From positions 5,280-69,279 of the IMG/VR virus record IMGVR_UViG_3300017934_000023: 64,000 bases of DNA, one strand, 5' to 3'. Source of the DNA: a virus. The notes beneath the pieces were generated by a model that saw only the letters and a program-made list of their open reading frames with translations, ran no database searches and was not told the origin of the DNA. Made by a program: the position numbers and the translations under genes. Positions 37,563 through 46,086 of this stretch are shown in pieces. Position 1 is the first letter of the stretch. Each line of letters starts with the position of its first letter.

Positions 37563-38594
37563 ATGTCTCTCGGATATCCTGCATCAAACGTCACTGGAAA
37601 TTTGCCCCAGTCGACGGTCAAGTTCTACGACAAGCAATTCATCGAGAACTTGAAGGCTGAGACACCGTTCGTGCGTTGCGCGGAGCGGCGTGATCTGCCT
37701 CTAAACGCTGGTAACCAACTCGTGCTGTTTGAATACAACACGTTTGGCGCCAACACTTCGCAAGCGGCGGAAGGCACCCCGGGCGCTGGTATTTCGACCT
37801 CACTGGTCACGAATACCTCGACCATCGGTGAGTATGCCGACTACGCTTCGTTCTCGAGCCTCGCTCTCGCCACCGCGATTGACGACACTCTCGGAAACGT
37901 CGCGAAGGAAATGTCTTACCGCCTCGGCCAATCTTTGTCGGCCCTGGTCCGTTTCACTGTCGACGGCGCTCCTGCCATCGATAGCTCTGTGCTTGTGCAG
38001 TTGGCGGCCGCGTCTAGCTCCAGCTTCACGTCTCTCTCCATCGGCACGATCCGCGCCGCGATCCAGTCTCTGGCTGGCCGGTCGGTGAAGCCTTTCATGG
38101 AAGCGAAAAAGCGCTTTGCTGGTATCGTTCACCCATTCGCATGGGGCGATGCCATAAACGACACCTCGAACAACTCGCCTATCGACGTATTGAAGCACAC
38201 GTCTGAAGGCCTGATGCGAATGGAGGAACTGCCCTCTGCCGACCTCACGGAAGTTTTCGAACTCCCGGGAACCGGTGTGGACTTCTTCCAGACCAACTTG
38301 GTCACCTTGACGACCAACTATAAGACCACGGGTGCAACGGCTCTCAGCACGTACATTTTCGGTCGCGATGGCGTCATTGCGATCAATCTTGCTGGCCGCG
38401 GCGACACCGGTTACGGCGACGGCAACTATCGCGGAATCAAGTGCAACGTTGTGCAGAATGCACCGATTTCCGTGAGCGATCCTGAGGGTTTGATCCCTGG
38501 GTGGACTTCTTACAAAGTTCACTTTACGGTAACTCTTCCCCCCGATCCCACGCAGCGCTGCAGAATTATACAGGCGCTTTCTGGAATTTCCTAA
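37563..38594 (+). CDS. major capsid protein (N4-gp56-like, HK97 fold)
   Basis: FYDKQFIENLK, LP.NAG, AEGTP, EYADY, IVHP, SDP.G...WTSYK; 343 aa; strongly biased codon usage. Confidence 0.85.
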   Translation: MSLGYPASNVTGNLPQSTVKFYDKQFIENLKAETPFVRCAERRDLPLNAGNQLVLFEYNTFGANTSQAAEGTPGAGISTSLVTNTSTIGEYADYASFSSLALATAIDDTLGNVAKEMSYRLGQSLSALVRFTVDGAPAIDSSVLVQLAAASSSSFTSLSIGTIRAAIQSLAGRSVKPFMEAKKRFAGIVHPFAWGDAINDTSNNSPIDVLKHTSEGLMRMEELPSADLTEVFELPGTGVDFFQTNLVTLTTNYKTTGATALSTYIFGRDGVIAINLAGRGDTGYGDGNYRGIKCNVVQNAPISVSDPEGLIPGWTSYKVHFTVTLPPDPTQRCRIIQALSGIS

Positions 38595-38608
38595 ACGGAA
38601 ATTTCTTC

Positions 38609-38637
38609 TTGACTTCCGTAAGCCGACGGAGTATAAT
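38609..38637 (+). promoter_or_regulatory. sigma70-type promoter for the HNH gene
   Basis: TTGACT (38609-14), 17-nt spacer, TATAAT (38632-37). Confidence 0.75.
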
Positions 38638-38645
38638 TTCGGTAA

Positions 38646-38699
38646 GGATGATGGGGCGCGCCTAGAACGCGCCCCAATATCCGACTCTTTCTAGGAGAG
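38646..38699 (+). promoter_or_regulatory. RBS-occluding H-type pseudoknot, copy 1
   Basis: stem TGGGGCGCG/CGCGCCCCA; loop CCTAGAA complementary to TTCTAGG overlapping AGGAGAG. Confidence 0.7.
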
Positions 38700-38702
38700 A
38701 TT

Positions 38703-39263
38703 ATGAGCGGTACAAAAATGTTGAAGGATATAAAAGGGCAACGTTTCGGACGATTAGTTGTTCTTTGTTTGGCGCCGGAATATGATAAGTCAGAAGGCGC
38801 ATATTGGACTTGTAAATGTGATTGTGGAGAAGAAAGAAAAGTAAAAGGATATTTTCTGCGTTCGGGAAAAACGAAAAGTTGTGGATGTTTTCAGCGGGAT
38901 AATGCTAGTGAAATTCATGGCGGCTATTCCGGTCAAGCTGCTGAGACACAGTGTTTCAACACCTATCGTCATAATGCAAGAACGCGTAAGATTCCATTCG
39001 AATTATTGAAAGAAGAATTTTTGAAGTTGACCAAACAGAATTGTTTTTATTGTGGATGTGAGCCAGCACAAGTGGTTGTGGTTCCTAGTGAAAATGGAAC
39101 CTATGTTTATAATGGCGTGGATCGTATTGACAGCTTGAAAGGATATACGATTGACAATTGTGTAGCCTGTTGTGGAACCCATAATCTTATGAAGTTAGAT
39201 ATGACCACCGAAGAATTCGTGGCTGCCTGCCGTTCCGTAGTAGATCATTTCTCGAAGAAGTAA
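38703..39263 (+). CDS. HNH-type homing endonuclease
   Basis: GQRFGRLVV...CKCDCG...KSCGC; CFYCG...NGVDRIDS..GY..DNCVACC..HN.MK. Confidence 0.88.
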   Translation: MSGTKMLKDIKGQRFGRLVVLCLAPEYDKSEGAYWTCKCDCGEERKVKGYFLRSGKTKSCGCFQRDNASEIHGGYSGQAAETQCFNTYRHNARTRKIPFELLKEEFLKLTKQNCFYCGCEPAQVVVVPSENGTYVYNGVDRIDSLKGYTIDNCVACCGTHNLMKLDMTTEEFVAACRSVVDHFSKK

Positions 39264-39285
39264 ATTTTCAATACAATCAGGTAAG

Positions 39286-39310
39286 ACAGAGGGATCCGCT
39301 ATCCCTCTGT
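39286..39310 (+). terminator. hairpin downstream of the HNH gene (putative terminator or processing stem)
   Basis: ACAGAGGGAT-CCGCT-ATCCCTCTGT perfect 10-bp stem; no clear U-tract. Confidence 0.4.
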
Positions 39311-39374
39311 CTACATAATCCTCCAACCCCAACAAGTTTGGGGTATTTTGTAAATACTTTCGACGTAGGGAAAA

Positions 39375-42209
39375 ATGTCTAATCAAACACCAAATCCTCC
39401 GACTGTTCAAGAAAGTCAAGTTGCAAAGACTTGGCTTTTTTCACAGAATCCGGACGGTTCTCTTTCCCCCGCTGCACTCGGTGGCGGCGGGAATGTCAAT
39501 CTGACAGGCATAAATGGTATAGCTCCTGCGCTTACATATCCTCTGCCGGTAGAACTTTCTGACGGTACGAATCCTTTTGGTACTCCTGGAAATCCTCTTA
39601 GCGTAAATGTAATTTCTGGTGGAGGTGCTAACGCCTCAGTAGGTGTAACAGGTGTTTTAGCTCCAACGTCTGCCACAGAAGTTGGCTGGATTGACGGCAC
39701 AGGAAAATTGCAAGGGGTATCAGTCGCAAATCCTCTTCCAGTTAGTGTCACAGCAATCGTTGCAGATAACGTTAATCAGGGAAATAAAGGATCGATTGCA
39801 CAATCCTGGTATACGCAATTAACTGATGGCACCGCTACAGTACTTGGCGTATCTGCAAATCCTCTTTATGTTCAGTTCGCTTCTGCCCAGGCGGTAAATG
39901 CTACACTTTCTGCTGAGACTACAAAAGTAATTGGCGTGGTTCGTACGGCTGACGGATCAGGAAATTTGCTTACGAGCACGGGCAATGCGCTCGATGTTAA
40001 TATTAAATCAGGTCTCTCTAATCCCCTGCCTGTTTCTGCCACTCAAACAACGTCTCCTTGGGTTGTAGCAGGCGGCAAGACAAATAACAACGCAGCACCC
40101 GGGGCAACGAATGCGGGCGTTCTTCCAGCCGTAGCGAATGCCGCCTCTCCTGTTTATGCAGAAGGGAATCAGGTTGCAGGGTCTACTGATTTAAGCGGCA
40201 ACGTGCGTGTAGTTCCGTTTCCGGGCTTTCCGTCGATTATTCAGAAGAATTCCGGAGCATCAACAGGCTCCGTAGCTTCTTTAGGTATTGCGTATTCATC
40301 GAACGTTTCTTTTGGAACTACGCTTATTGTTGTATGTGGTGTAGGCAACGGGACAACTCCAACTATTTCTGATACGATTGGCAACGCATGGACAACCGAT
40401 GTTGTCAAAGCTAATGGCACAGCGTTTAACGTCGCTATCTTTCGCGCCATCAATAAAGCTGCCGGTGCGAACACGATTACCATCAATAATGGTGGAACAG
40501 GGGCATCCATTGCGGGGGAAATATATGAAGTAGCTGGACTTTTAACTCTGTCGACTTACATTTTTGATCAGTCGGCAGTGGGTTCGGGTAACAATGCTGC
40601 GCCTTCCGCAGCAAACTATCTTATTCCTCTTTATACAAATGAATACGCTTTTGCTGCTTTTGGCGTGGGCACGGGCGCACAGACCATTACTGTAACACCC
40701 GGAGTCGTCAGTTTCGTAAATGATAGCGGTCAATTAAATCCGACAACTCCTGCTGGTTTATTTTCGTTTGCTAGTGCTTCTGCTTTATGTATAAATGTCT
40801 ATAATACGTCTGTGCTTGCGGCGGCATCGCTTGGAGGCTCTGAACCTTGGGCTGTTGCTGTTGCTTTGTATAAGCCTCAAGTCCAAGTACCGGCGACTAC
40901 CATTGTTCGTATGGGTGTAGCAAACCCCACCAATAATGGCGGTATTATCGACCTTCCCAATGTTACTACTGCTATAAGAACATCTCTGGTTGGTGCTGCA
41001 TGGAATGAACCAAATTTAAGTAATCCTACTTATAATGTGTCTAATGGTGGTGGCAACTGTGTTCCAGTCTTTGCCCCTGTGCTCGCCACTTCAACACCGG
41101 GTTCCGGTGGTCAGGGATTTATGCAGCGCACCCCTGCTATTTATCGTGGCGCTCAGTTCTCGGGGGCGGGGCAGAATACTGTTTGGCAACCACAAGCAGG
41201 TAAGAAAGTTCGTTTGATGAAGTACAAGATTGAGGCTGGCGAAGACTGCACGATTTCTGGTGGTCCTCTGCCAGTTAACTTAGGATTTTGGTATAATATT
41301 GGTTTAGCTAACGGGCAGTTAGTTAGTATATTAAATGATGGTGCGCTTGGATTTGCACATCGTTTCGTTGTCTCTTCTTCGGTTTTGTCAACATCGGGAA
41401 ATCTATATGATTCTGGTTGGATAGATTTAGGTAATGGTATTCTTGCTCCTGTAGCCAGTCAGCCTTTGCAGATGGGTATAGTGGTTCCTCAAACAACGGC
41501 TGCGATTAATCCTACATGGACTATCGCATCTAATCAATGGGAAGCTGTTACAGTAGGCTTCAAGACTACGGGCGGGAGAGGAAATTTCAGTTTAGTTCAA
41601 ACCACCGTTTTAAATACTCCCGCAGGCGCAGCTACTTCTGTTTTGCCTACTCTGGCGACAACGACAGGGAATACCATTATTCTTGTTATCAGAACGTCGA
41701 ATGCGGCGGCGGGTGTACCGACTATTTCCGTGGCCGATACTGCTTTGAATTCTTACACGGTTACGGCTCTGACCACCAACGCGTCGGACGATACCAACGG
41801 CAGTTCGTTGTGTATAGCATATGCAACAAACATTGTGGCGAACGCTTCAAACGTGGTGACGGTCACCTTCGCATCCCACACACCAATCGGACAGTCTGTT
41901 TCTTATTTTGAATATTCAGGAATGGGAACTGGCGGCATTGATGCGGCACTCGTTGGAGCAACAGGAAATAGTACAGCACCCGCTTCAGGAAATTATACGC
42001 CAGCAACCGCAGGCGATTTGATTATTTCGGCGTATGCTACGGCGGTTAACGTAACACCGACTAGCGCAACTATACCTGTGAATTTTAGAAACGTTTTCAA
42101 TACTTTTGCGGCGGCGCACCAAGGTTCAGTAAGCGTAGTTGATAACTTCGGAAATGGCGCGCTGTTAGCCGGCGCAATTAACGTGATAGCAATTGGGACG
42201 GAGGAGTAA
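39375..42209 (+). CDS. large Ser/Thr/Gly/Ala-rich virion protein (fibre/decoration/adhesin)
   Basis: 944 aa beta-rich; NPLPV repeats; two copies of a TLIV...ISDTxGN module; in the structural block. Confidence 0.6.
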   Translation: MSNQTPNPPTVQESQVAKTWLFSQNPDGSLSPAALGGGGNVNLTGINGIAPALTYPLPVELSDGTNPFGTPGNPLSVNVISGGGANASVGVTGVLAPTSATEVGWIDGTGKLQGVSVANPLPVSVTAIVADNVNQGNKGSIAQSWYTQLTDGTATVLGVSANPLYVQFASAQAVNATLSAETTKVIGVVRTADGSGNLLTSTGNALDVNIKSGLSNPLPVSATQTTSPWVVAGGKTNNNAAPGATNAGVLPAVANAASPVYAEGNQVAGSTDLSGNVRVVPFPGFPSIIQKNSGASTGSVASLGIAYSSNVSFGTTLIVVCGVGNGTTPTISDTIGNAWTTDVVKANGTAFNVAIFRAINKAAGANTITINNGGTGASIAGEIYEVAGLLTLSTYIFDQSAVGSGNNAAPSAANYLIPLYTNEYAFAAFGVGTGAQTITVTPGVVSFVNDSGQLNPTTPAGLFSFASASALCINVYNTSVLAAASLGGSEPWAVAVALYKPQVQVPATTIVRMGVANPTNNGGIIDLPNVTTAIRTSLVGAAWNEPNLSNPTYNVSNGGGNCVPVFAPVLATSTPGSGGQGFMQRTPAIYRGAQFSGAGQNTVWQPQAGKKVRLMKYKIEAGEDCTISGGPLPVNLGFWYNIGLANGQLVSILNDGALGFAHRFVVSSSVLSTSGNLYDSGWIDLGNGILAPVASQPLQMGIVVPQTTAAINPTWTIASNQWEAVTVGFKTTGGRGNFSLVQTTVLNTPAGAATSVLPTLATTTGNTIILVIRTSNAAAGVPTISVADTALNSYTVTALTTNASDDTNGSSLCIAYATNIVANASNVVTVTFASHTPIGQSVSYFEYSGMGTGGIDAALVGATGNSTAPASGNYTPATAGDLIISAYATAVNVTPTSATIPVNFRNVFNTFAAAHQGSVSVVDNFGNGALLAGAINVIAIGTEE

Positions 42210-42439
42210 TGAGCCACACATACGTTATCTCTTCTGTTTCAACTTTGGGTGATCAAACTACGGTGACCGGAACAGTCGACGGAACTCCAGTCACTGTTCA
42301 GTTCTGGACCACGTCCCAATCGCAGGCGGCGATGGCATCTGCGATTGCCTTTCACAACTTTATCGCTCCGTTGATGCTCGCGGCGGTCCCTCCAACTCCG
42401 GTATCAAGTCCGGCTCATATCGGTAGCTTTACTCTCTAA
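42209..42439 (+). CDS. small virion-associated protein
   Basis: GGAGGAG RBS, TAATG coupling to the fibre gene. Confidence 0.6.
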   Translation: MSHTYVISSVSTLGDQTTVTGTVDGTPVTVQFWTTSQSQAAMASAIAFHNFIAPLMLAAVPPTPVSSPAHIGSFTL

Positions 42440-42449
42440 GGAAAAGAAA

Positions 42450-43199
42450 ATGTCAGATCAACTTCTCAACGAGATTGAGCATTTGAAAGTTCGGCTCGAC
42501 AAGCTTGAAAGAAATCAGCATGTTGGCAAACCCGGCCCCATGGGCCCATTCGGTGCGCCTGGAAAAGACGGAACACCAGGTAGAGACGGCGCTCCGGGAA
42601 AAGACGGGAAAGACGGTATCAGTAATATTCCTGGCCCTGCAGGCTTGCCGGGTTTAAATGGTAAGAATGGGAAAGATGGCAGCGTTGAAGATGCTGTAGC
42701 GGCTGCAAATTCTTTTGTAAAAGAAGCTGTATCGAATTTGCTTTATGATCTGCCAGGTATTGTTTTACAGGCTCTAAAAGATAGCGGTGTTGTAGACAAA
42801 AACGGAAAGGCAATATTGATTCCAGGGCCGGAAGGAAAGACAGGCATGCCTGGAAGTAATGGTATAGATGGACGAAATGGTCAAGACGGTAAACCTGGAA
42901 AAGATGGTATTAATGGCAAAGATGGAAATCCAGGAAGAAATGGCATTGATGGAAGACCGGGCAGAGATGGTATCAACGGAATAAATGGAGAAGCAGGGAA
43001 GCCTGGTCATAACGGTATCGACGGGAAACCAGGGAAAGATGGTATTGACGGCAGACCGGGAAGAGATGGAGAGCCAGGAAAAGACGGAGAACTTAATCAG
43101 TATGATATAGCCAATTTGGCTGCTCAATTCCGAAATACTTGGAAGGGGGACATTCAAGCAGCGCTTCGGCCCATTCTAGCCGAAATGAAAACTAAGTAA
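42450..43199 (+). CDS. collagen-like protein
   Basis: two blocks of G-X-Y triplets (GKDG, GRDG, GIDG). Confidence 0.85.
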   Translation: MSDQLLNEIEHLKVRLDKLERNQHVGKPGPMGPFGAPGKDGTPGRDGAPGKDGKDGISNIPGPAGLPGLNGKNGKDGSVEDAVAAANSFVKEAVSNLLYDLPGIVLQALKDSGVVDKNGKAILIPGPEGKTGMPGSNGIDGRNGQDGKPGKDGINGKDGNPGRNGIDGRPGRDGINGINGEAGKPGHNGIDGKPGKDGIDGRPGRDGEPGKDGELNQYDIANLAAQFRNTWKGDIQAALRPILAEMKTK

Positions 43200-43355
43200 A
43201 TTATTTTACTTTCGTATCAAAGCTATCATTTCTTTTTCTTTCTCTGTAAGTGTTCCTGTTTTTACTGATATAAGAGCAACTGAAAGTTCGGGAGTGTATC
43301 GGATTTTTCCTGTTGAAAGATCTAATTGTGCGAGCACATCAAAGGAGAAACTCTC

Positions 43356-44078
43356 ATGGCACAAGCAAAAATCATTCGTAAGCCGCTTCCAAGCGGGGCC
43401 CCAGAGCACGTCAAGCGTCGTCTAATGGGAACATCGGCTGACACCCGCGCGCCCTGGGAGACTTATAGGACAGCGGATCCCCTCGAGGGATGCTCACCCG
43501 AACTCAGGGCTGAGATCGCGGAGTATTCCAAGAAGCATCACGGGGAAACTTCCAGTGCCAACGTTGAAGAACTCTGCCGGCAGAAAGATATGTCGAAAGA
43601 GGCCGTGAAGGAATATCAGTTTTACAAACAAGATGAGCTTCGGGACGGCCCGGAGCGCGTTGGCAAGATCATGCATTGTCTTGACTTCCTTAAGAAGCTT
43701 GAGACGATCCGGCCGGCATATCTGTCTGCCAATATCCGAAAGGGCCTGACCGGACTTGCTGTCTATCACCCTAAGGATGTCAAGCAGGAAGACGGAACTT
43801 TTAAAAGAGTCGACTGGCACTACGTATGTGGTGTTCAAGTCGGATTCATGCATGAATATTCGAGCATGCATTTCGATGAGCACGACGTGCCACTGAATGA
43901 GAAGTGGCGCGGCTGGCGAACAGTTCTCCTCCGGCTGATTCAATTAGGACACGTTACAGAGGAACAAGCCCTGGCAGTCTTCGGTGAACCTACCGAAGCC
44001 GGCTCGCGCAGATATCGAGAGCAGTTGTATTACTGGCGCAATCGCAAGCGCGATGAAGGCGACCATAAGGACGAGTAA
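43356..44078 (+). CDS. conserved phage hypothetical protein
   Basis: AAGGAG RBS; EKWRGWRTVLLRLI motif. Confidence 0.65.
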   Translation: MAQAKIIRKPLPSGAPEHVKRRLMGTSADTRAPWETYRTADPLEGCSPELRAEIAEYSKKHHGETSSANVEELCRQKDMSKEAVKEYQFYKQDELRDGPERVGKIMHCLDFLKKLETIRPAYLSANIRKGLTGLAVYHPKDVKQEDGTFKRVDWHYVCGVQVGFMHEYSSMHFDEHDVPLNEKWRGWRTVLLRLIQLGHVTEEQALAVFGEPTEAGSRRYREQLYYWRNRKRDEGDHKDE

Positions 44079-44079
44079 C

Positions 44080-44553
44080 ATGGCTAAGAAAAAGTGGATT
44101 CAGGGAGCAGTAAAACATCCCGGCCGCCTCACTAAAGCTGCGGCAGCCGCGGGCGTATCGAAACTTCAACTTGCAGAAAAGTGGTCTCACTCAAAGGATC
44201 CCAGTAAGCGCGGCGCCGGGATTCTCGGCAAGCGTTTTATCAAAGGCAAGCTGCATGACGGCGGTATGGTTCCTGAAACTGGGAATTATGAACTGGAGAA
44301 GGGCGAGAACATTATGGCAGCAGGAAAGAAAAAGCCGCCCATGAACGCGCCTAAGGCTATTGGCCGGTATCATTCCGGCGGCACCATCCCCAAGGATGGC
44401 GTCTACGAATTGGAACAAGGTGAGAAAGTTATTCCCAACGCTCGTAAAGCATACGAGCATGAAGAAGTTTGTGCCCCTGAGAACACCCCCGCGGCCGATG
44501 GATGTGGACATTGGGAAATCGATGGTCACACCCAAAAGTTCGTGAAGGATTAA
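44080..44553 (+). CDS. basic protein with KWIQxAVKHPG N-terminus and two HxGG...GExV modules
   Basis: KLHDGGMVPETGNYELEKGENI and RYHSGGTIPKDGVYELEQGEKVIP. Confidence 0.65.
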   Translation: MAKKKWIQGAVKHPGRLTKAAAAAGVSKLQLAEKWSHSKDPSKRGAGILGKRFIKGKLHDGGMVPETGNYELEKGENIMAAGKKKPPMNAPKAIGRYHSGGTIPKDGVYELEQGEKVIPNARKAYEHEEVCAPENTPAADGCGHWEIDGHTQKFVKD

Positions 44554-44568
44554 GTAAGGAGACACAAA

Positions 44569-44808
44569 ATGGCTTGGACACCAATTACAGGAAAGGCAGA
44601 TTACGCATCAGGATTTTCAAACGCAACAGCGATCAGTTTCGCGGATGAAACTTCTGTGGGGACGAGAGCAATTGATCCGGTTCTGAATCTGAGCGGCACC
44701 CAGGATTACGGTACGCTTTATCAGGGAAACAATAGTCTGAGTATTACCCCTGATCCCGGTAACAGCGGCCTCAGCGCACCTTACGCAGTTGTGCCTGGAT
44801 CCGAGTAA
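44569..44808 (+). CDS. hypothetical virion protein
   Basis: AAGGAG RBS. Confidence 0.6.
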   Translation: MAWTPITGKADYASGFSNATAISFADETSVGTRAIDPVLNLSGTQDYGTLYQGNNSLSITPDPGNSGLSAPYAVVPGSE

Positions 44809-44827
44809 AAGAATTAAGGAGAAAAAT

Positions 44828-44866
44828 ATGAGCACATCGGGAGGCAACATGACAGCACTTAAGTAG
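44828..44866 (+). CDS. putative 12-aa leader peptide MSTSGGNMTALK
   Basis: strong AAGGAG RBS 6 nt upstream; stop lies inside a hairpin covering the next RBS. Confidence 0.4.
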   Translation: MSTSGGNMTALK

Positions 44867-44886
44867 ATGCTTAGGAGGCATCCTTT

Positions 44887-45096
44887 ATGTCTGTCATTCA
44901 ACAAGTTGTCAAACCCCACAGAGCCAAGAAAGGTAAGAAGTGCCGTAAGCACGGTCGCGGTGTCCGCAAGGTCATCAAGTCCCGCTTCGGCTCTTACGCT
45001 GCATTGTTCGCTGCCAGCGAGAATCGGAAACATCAACGCATGGTAACACGAGCAGCAAGGCTCGCCCGCCGCGCCGCCAAGCGCGCCGGGAAATAA
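44887..45096 (+). CDS. small highly basic (Arg/Lys-rich) protein
   Basis: AGGAGG RBS; a single acidic residue in 69 aa. Confidence 0.6.
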   Translation: MSVIQQVVKPHRAKKGKKCRKHGRGVRKVIKSRFGSYAALFAASENRKHQRMVTRAARLARRAAKRAGK

Positions 45097-45099
45097 ACG

Positions 45100-45358
45100 A
45101 AATATCGGTTCCTGCCGGAGAGATGCCGACGAGTGGCCACTCCAATCTGGTGGGAATTTATGACTTGAGTTCGAGGGTTTGTCCCTCGGACATCACAATA
45201 GCCTGGTCAGCCGCCAACGAGAAGGCATCCGGTTCGAAACGTTCTCGTTGGTGTATACATTTTGTCAAGTTTTTCATCACGAAAACTTGACATTTAGACG
45301 CCTATCATTCGCGATTCGCGAATCGAAGCAACGTCACCAACACGGCTCTCCGTGTTAA
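45100..45358 (+). ncRNA. candidate structured RNA / palindrome array
   Basis: longest ORF-free interval in the late region; at least five consecutive inverted repeats. Confidence 0.35.
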
Positions 45359-45369
45359 GGAGCAATACC

Positions 45370-45996
45370 ATGAGTAAGGATGAATTGATTGGAAACGACG
45401 GCGGCCTCGGAGAAATTCCCGAGACGAAGTCGGTAGAGGAATTGGTTCCTCTGAAAGTACGTGTGAAGTCTCAAGGCGAAATCGACGCAGAAATGACGCT
45501 GATCAAACTCGAGACCGAAAAACTTCGCCTGGAAAAAGAGAAGCTCGAACTTGAAAAGTTGCGGAACGATGTCCTCGAAATCCGCAGGCAGCAAGAGACA
45601 GAGCGGGTTTCCAGAGAGACGGTCCAGGAGTCTTTGGCGTTCACGATCGAGAAGAGAATCAACGATGAGACTCTTTGCACGCACATGAAGGGCGGCGACT
45701 CCGGTTCAATGATGAACGGTGGTCCGGCCTAGGGCAACGATGCTTCGAACTATGCCATGTTCCAACATACCCTAACGTCCGGCGTGACGTTCCGACTCTG
45801 TTCTAGGTGTGGCAAGACGTGGTTCCCGAAGGATCCCGATTATCGGTGGGCAATGACCCGTCCGACTCGTAACAGCCCAAGCACCGGATGCCCGTCACCG
45901 GGTCTGGTTAGAAATCCGAAAGCCGTTAGGGTTATTTCGGAAGTTGAGCACCGTAAGCGTCCCGAGACTGAGTTCGGCGACGGCTACAATCAGTAA
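45370..45996 (+). CDS. coiled-coil + zinc-finger protein interrupted by an in-frame TAG at 45730-45732
   Basis: 45352-45732 and 45757-45996 share a frame; CxH before and H...CxxC after the stop suggest one metal site. Confidence 0.6.
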
Positions 45997-46033
45997 GTTG
46001 ATTTAAACTTTCGGCTTGATCACCGGAAGTTAC

Positions 46034-46082
46034 GATCTAGGGAGGACCTGTAATCCTCCCTAGGTCACTCTTTACAGGAGAG
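46034..46082 (+). promoter_or_regulatory. RBS-occluding H-type pseudoknot, copy 2
   Basis: stem GATCTAGGGAGGA/TCCTCCCTAGGTC; loop CCTGTAA complementary to TTACAGG overlapping AGGAGAG. Confidence 0.7.
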
Positions 46083-46086
46083 GAAA

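Noticed and set aside
42520-43090. Tandem DNA repeat array
   Set aside because: Periodicity is the codon pattern of collagen G-X-Y triplets
45215-45252. tRNA suggested by GGTTCGAAAC
   Set aside because: No T-stem pairing, acceptor stem or anticodon arm can be built around it
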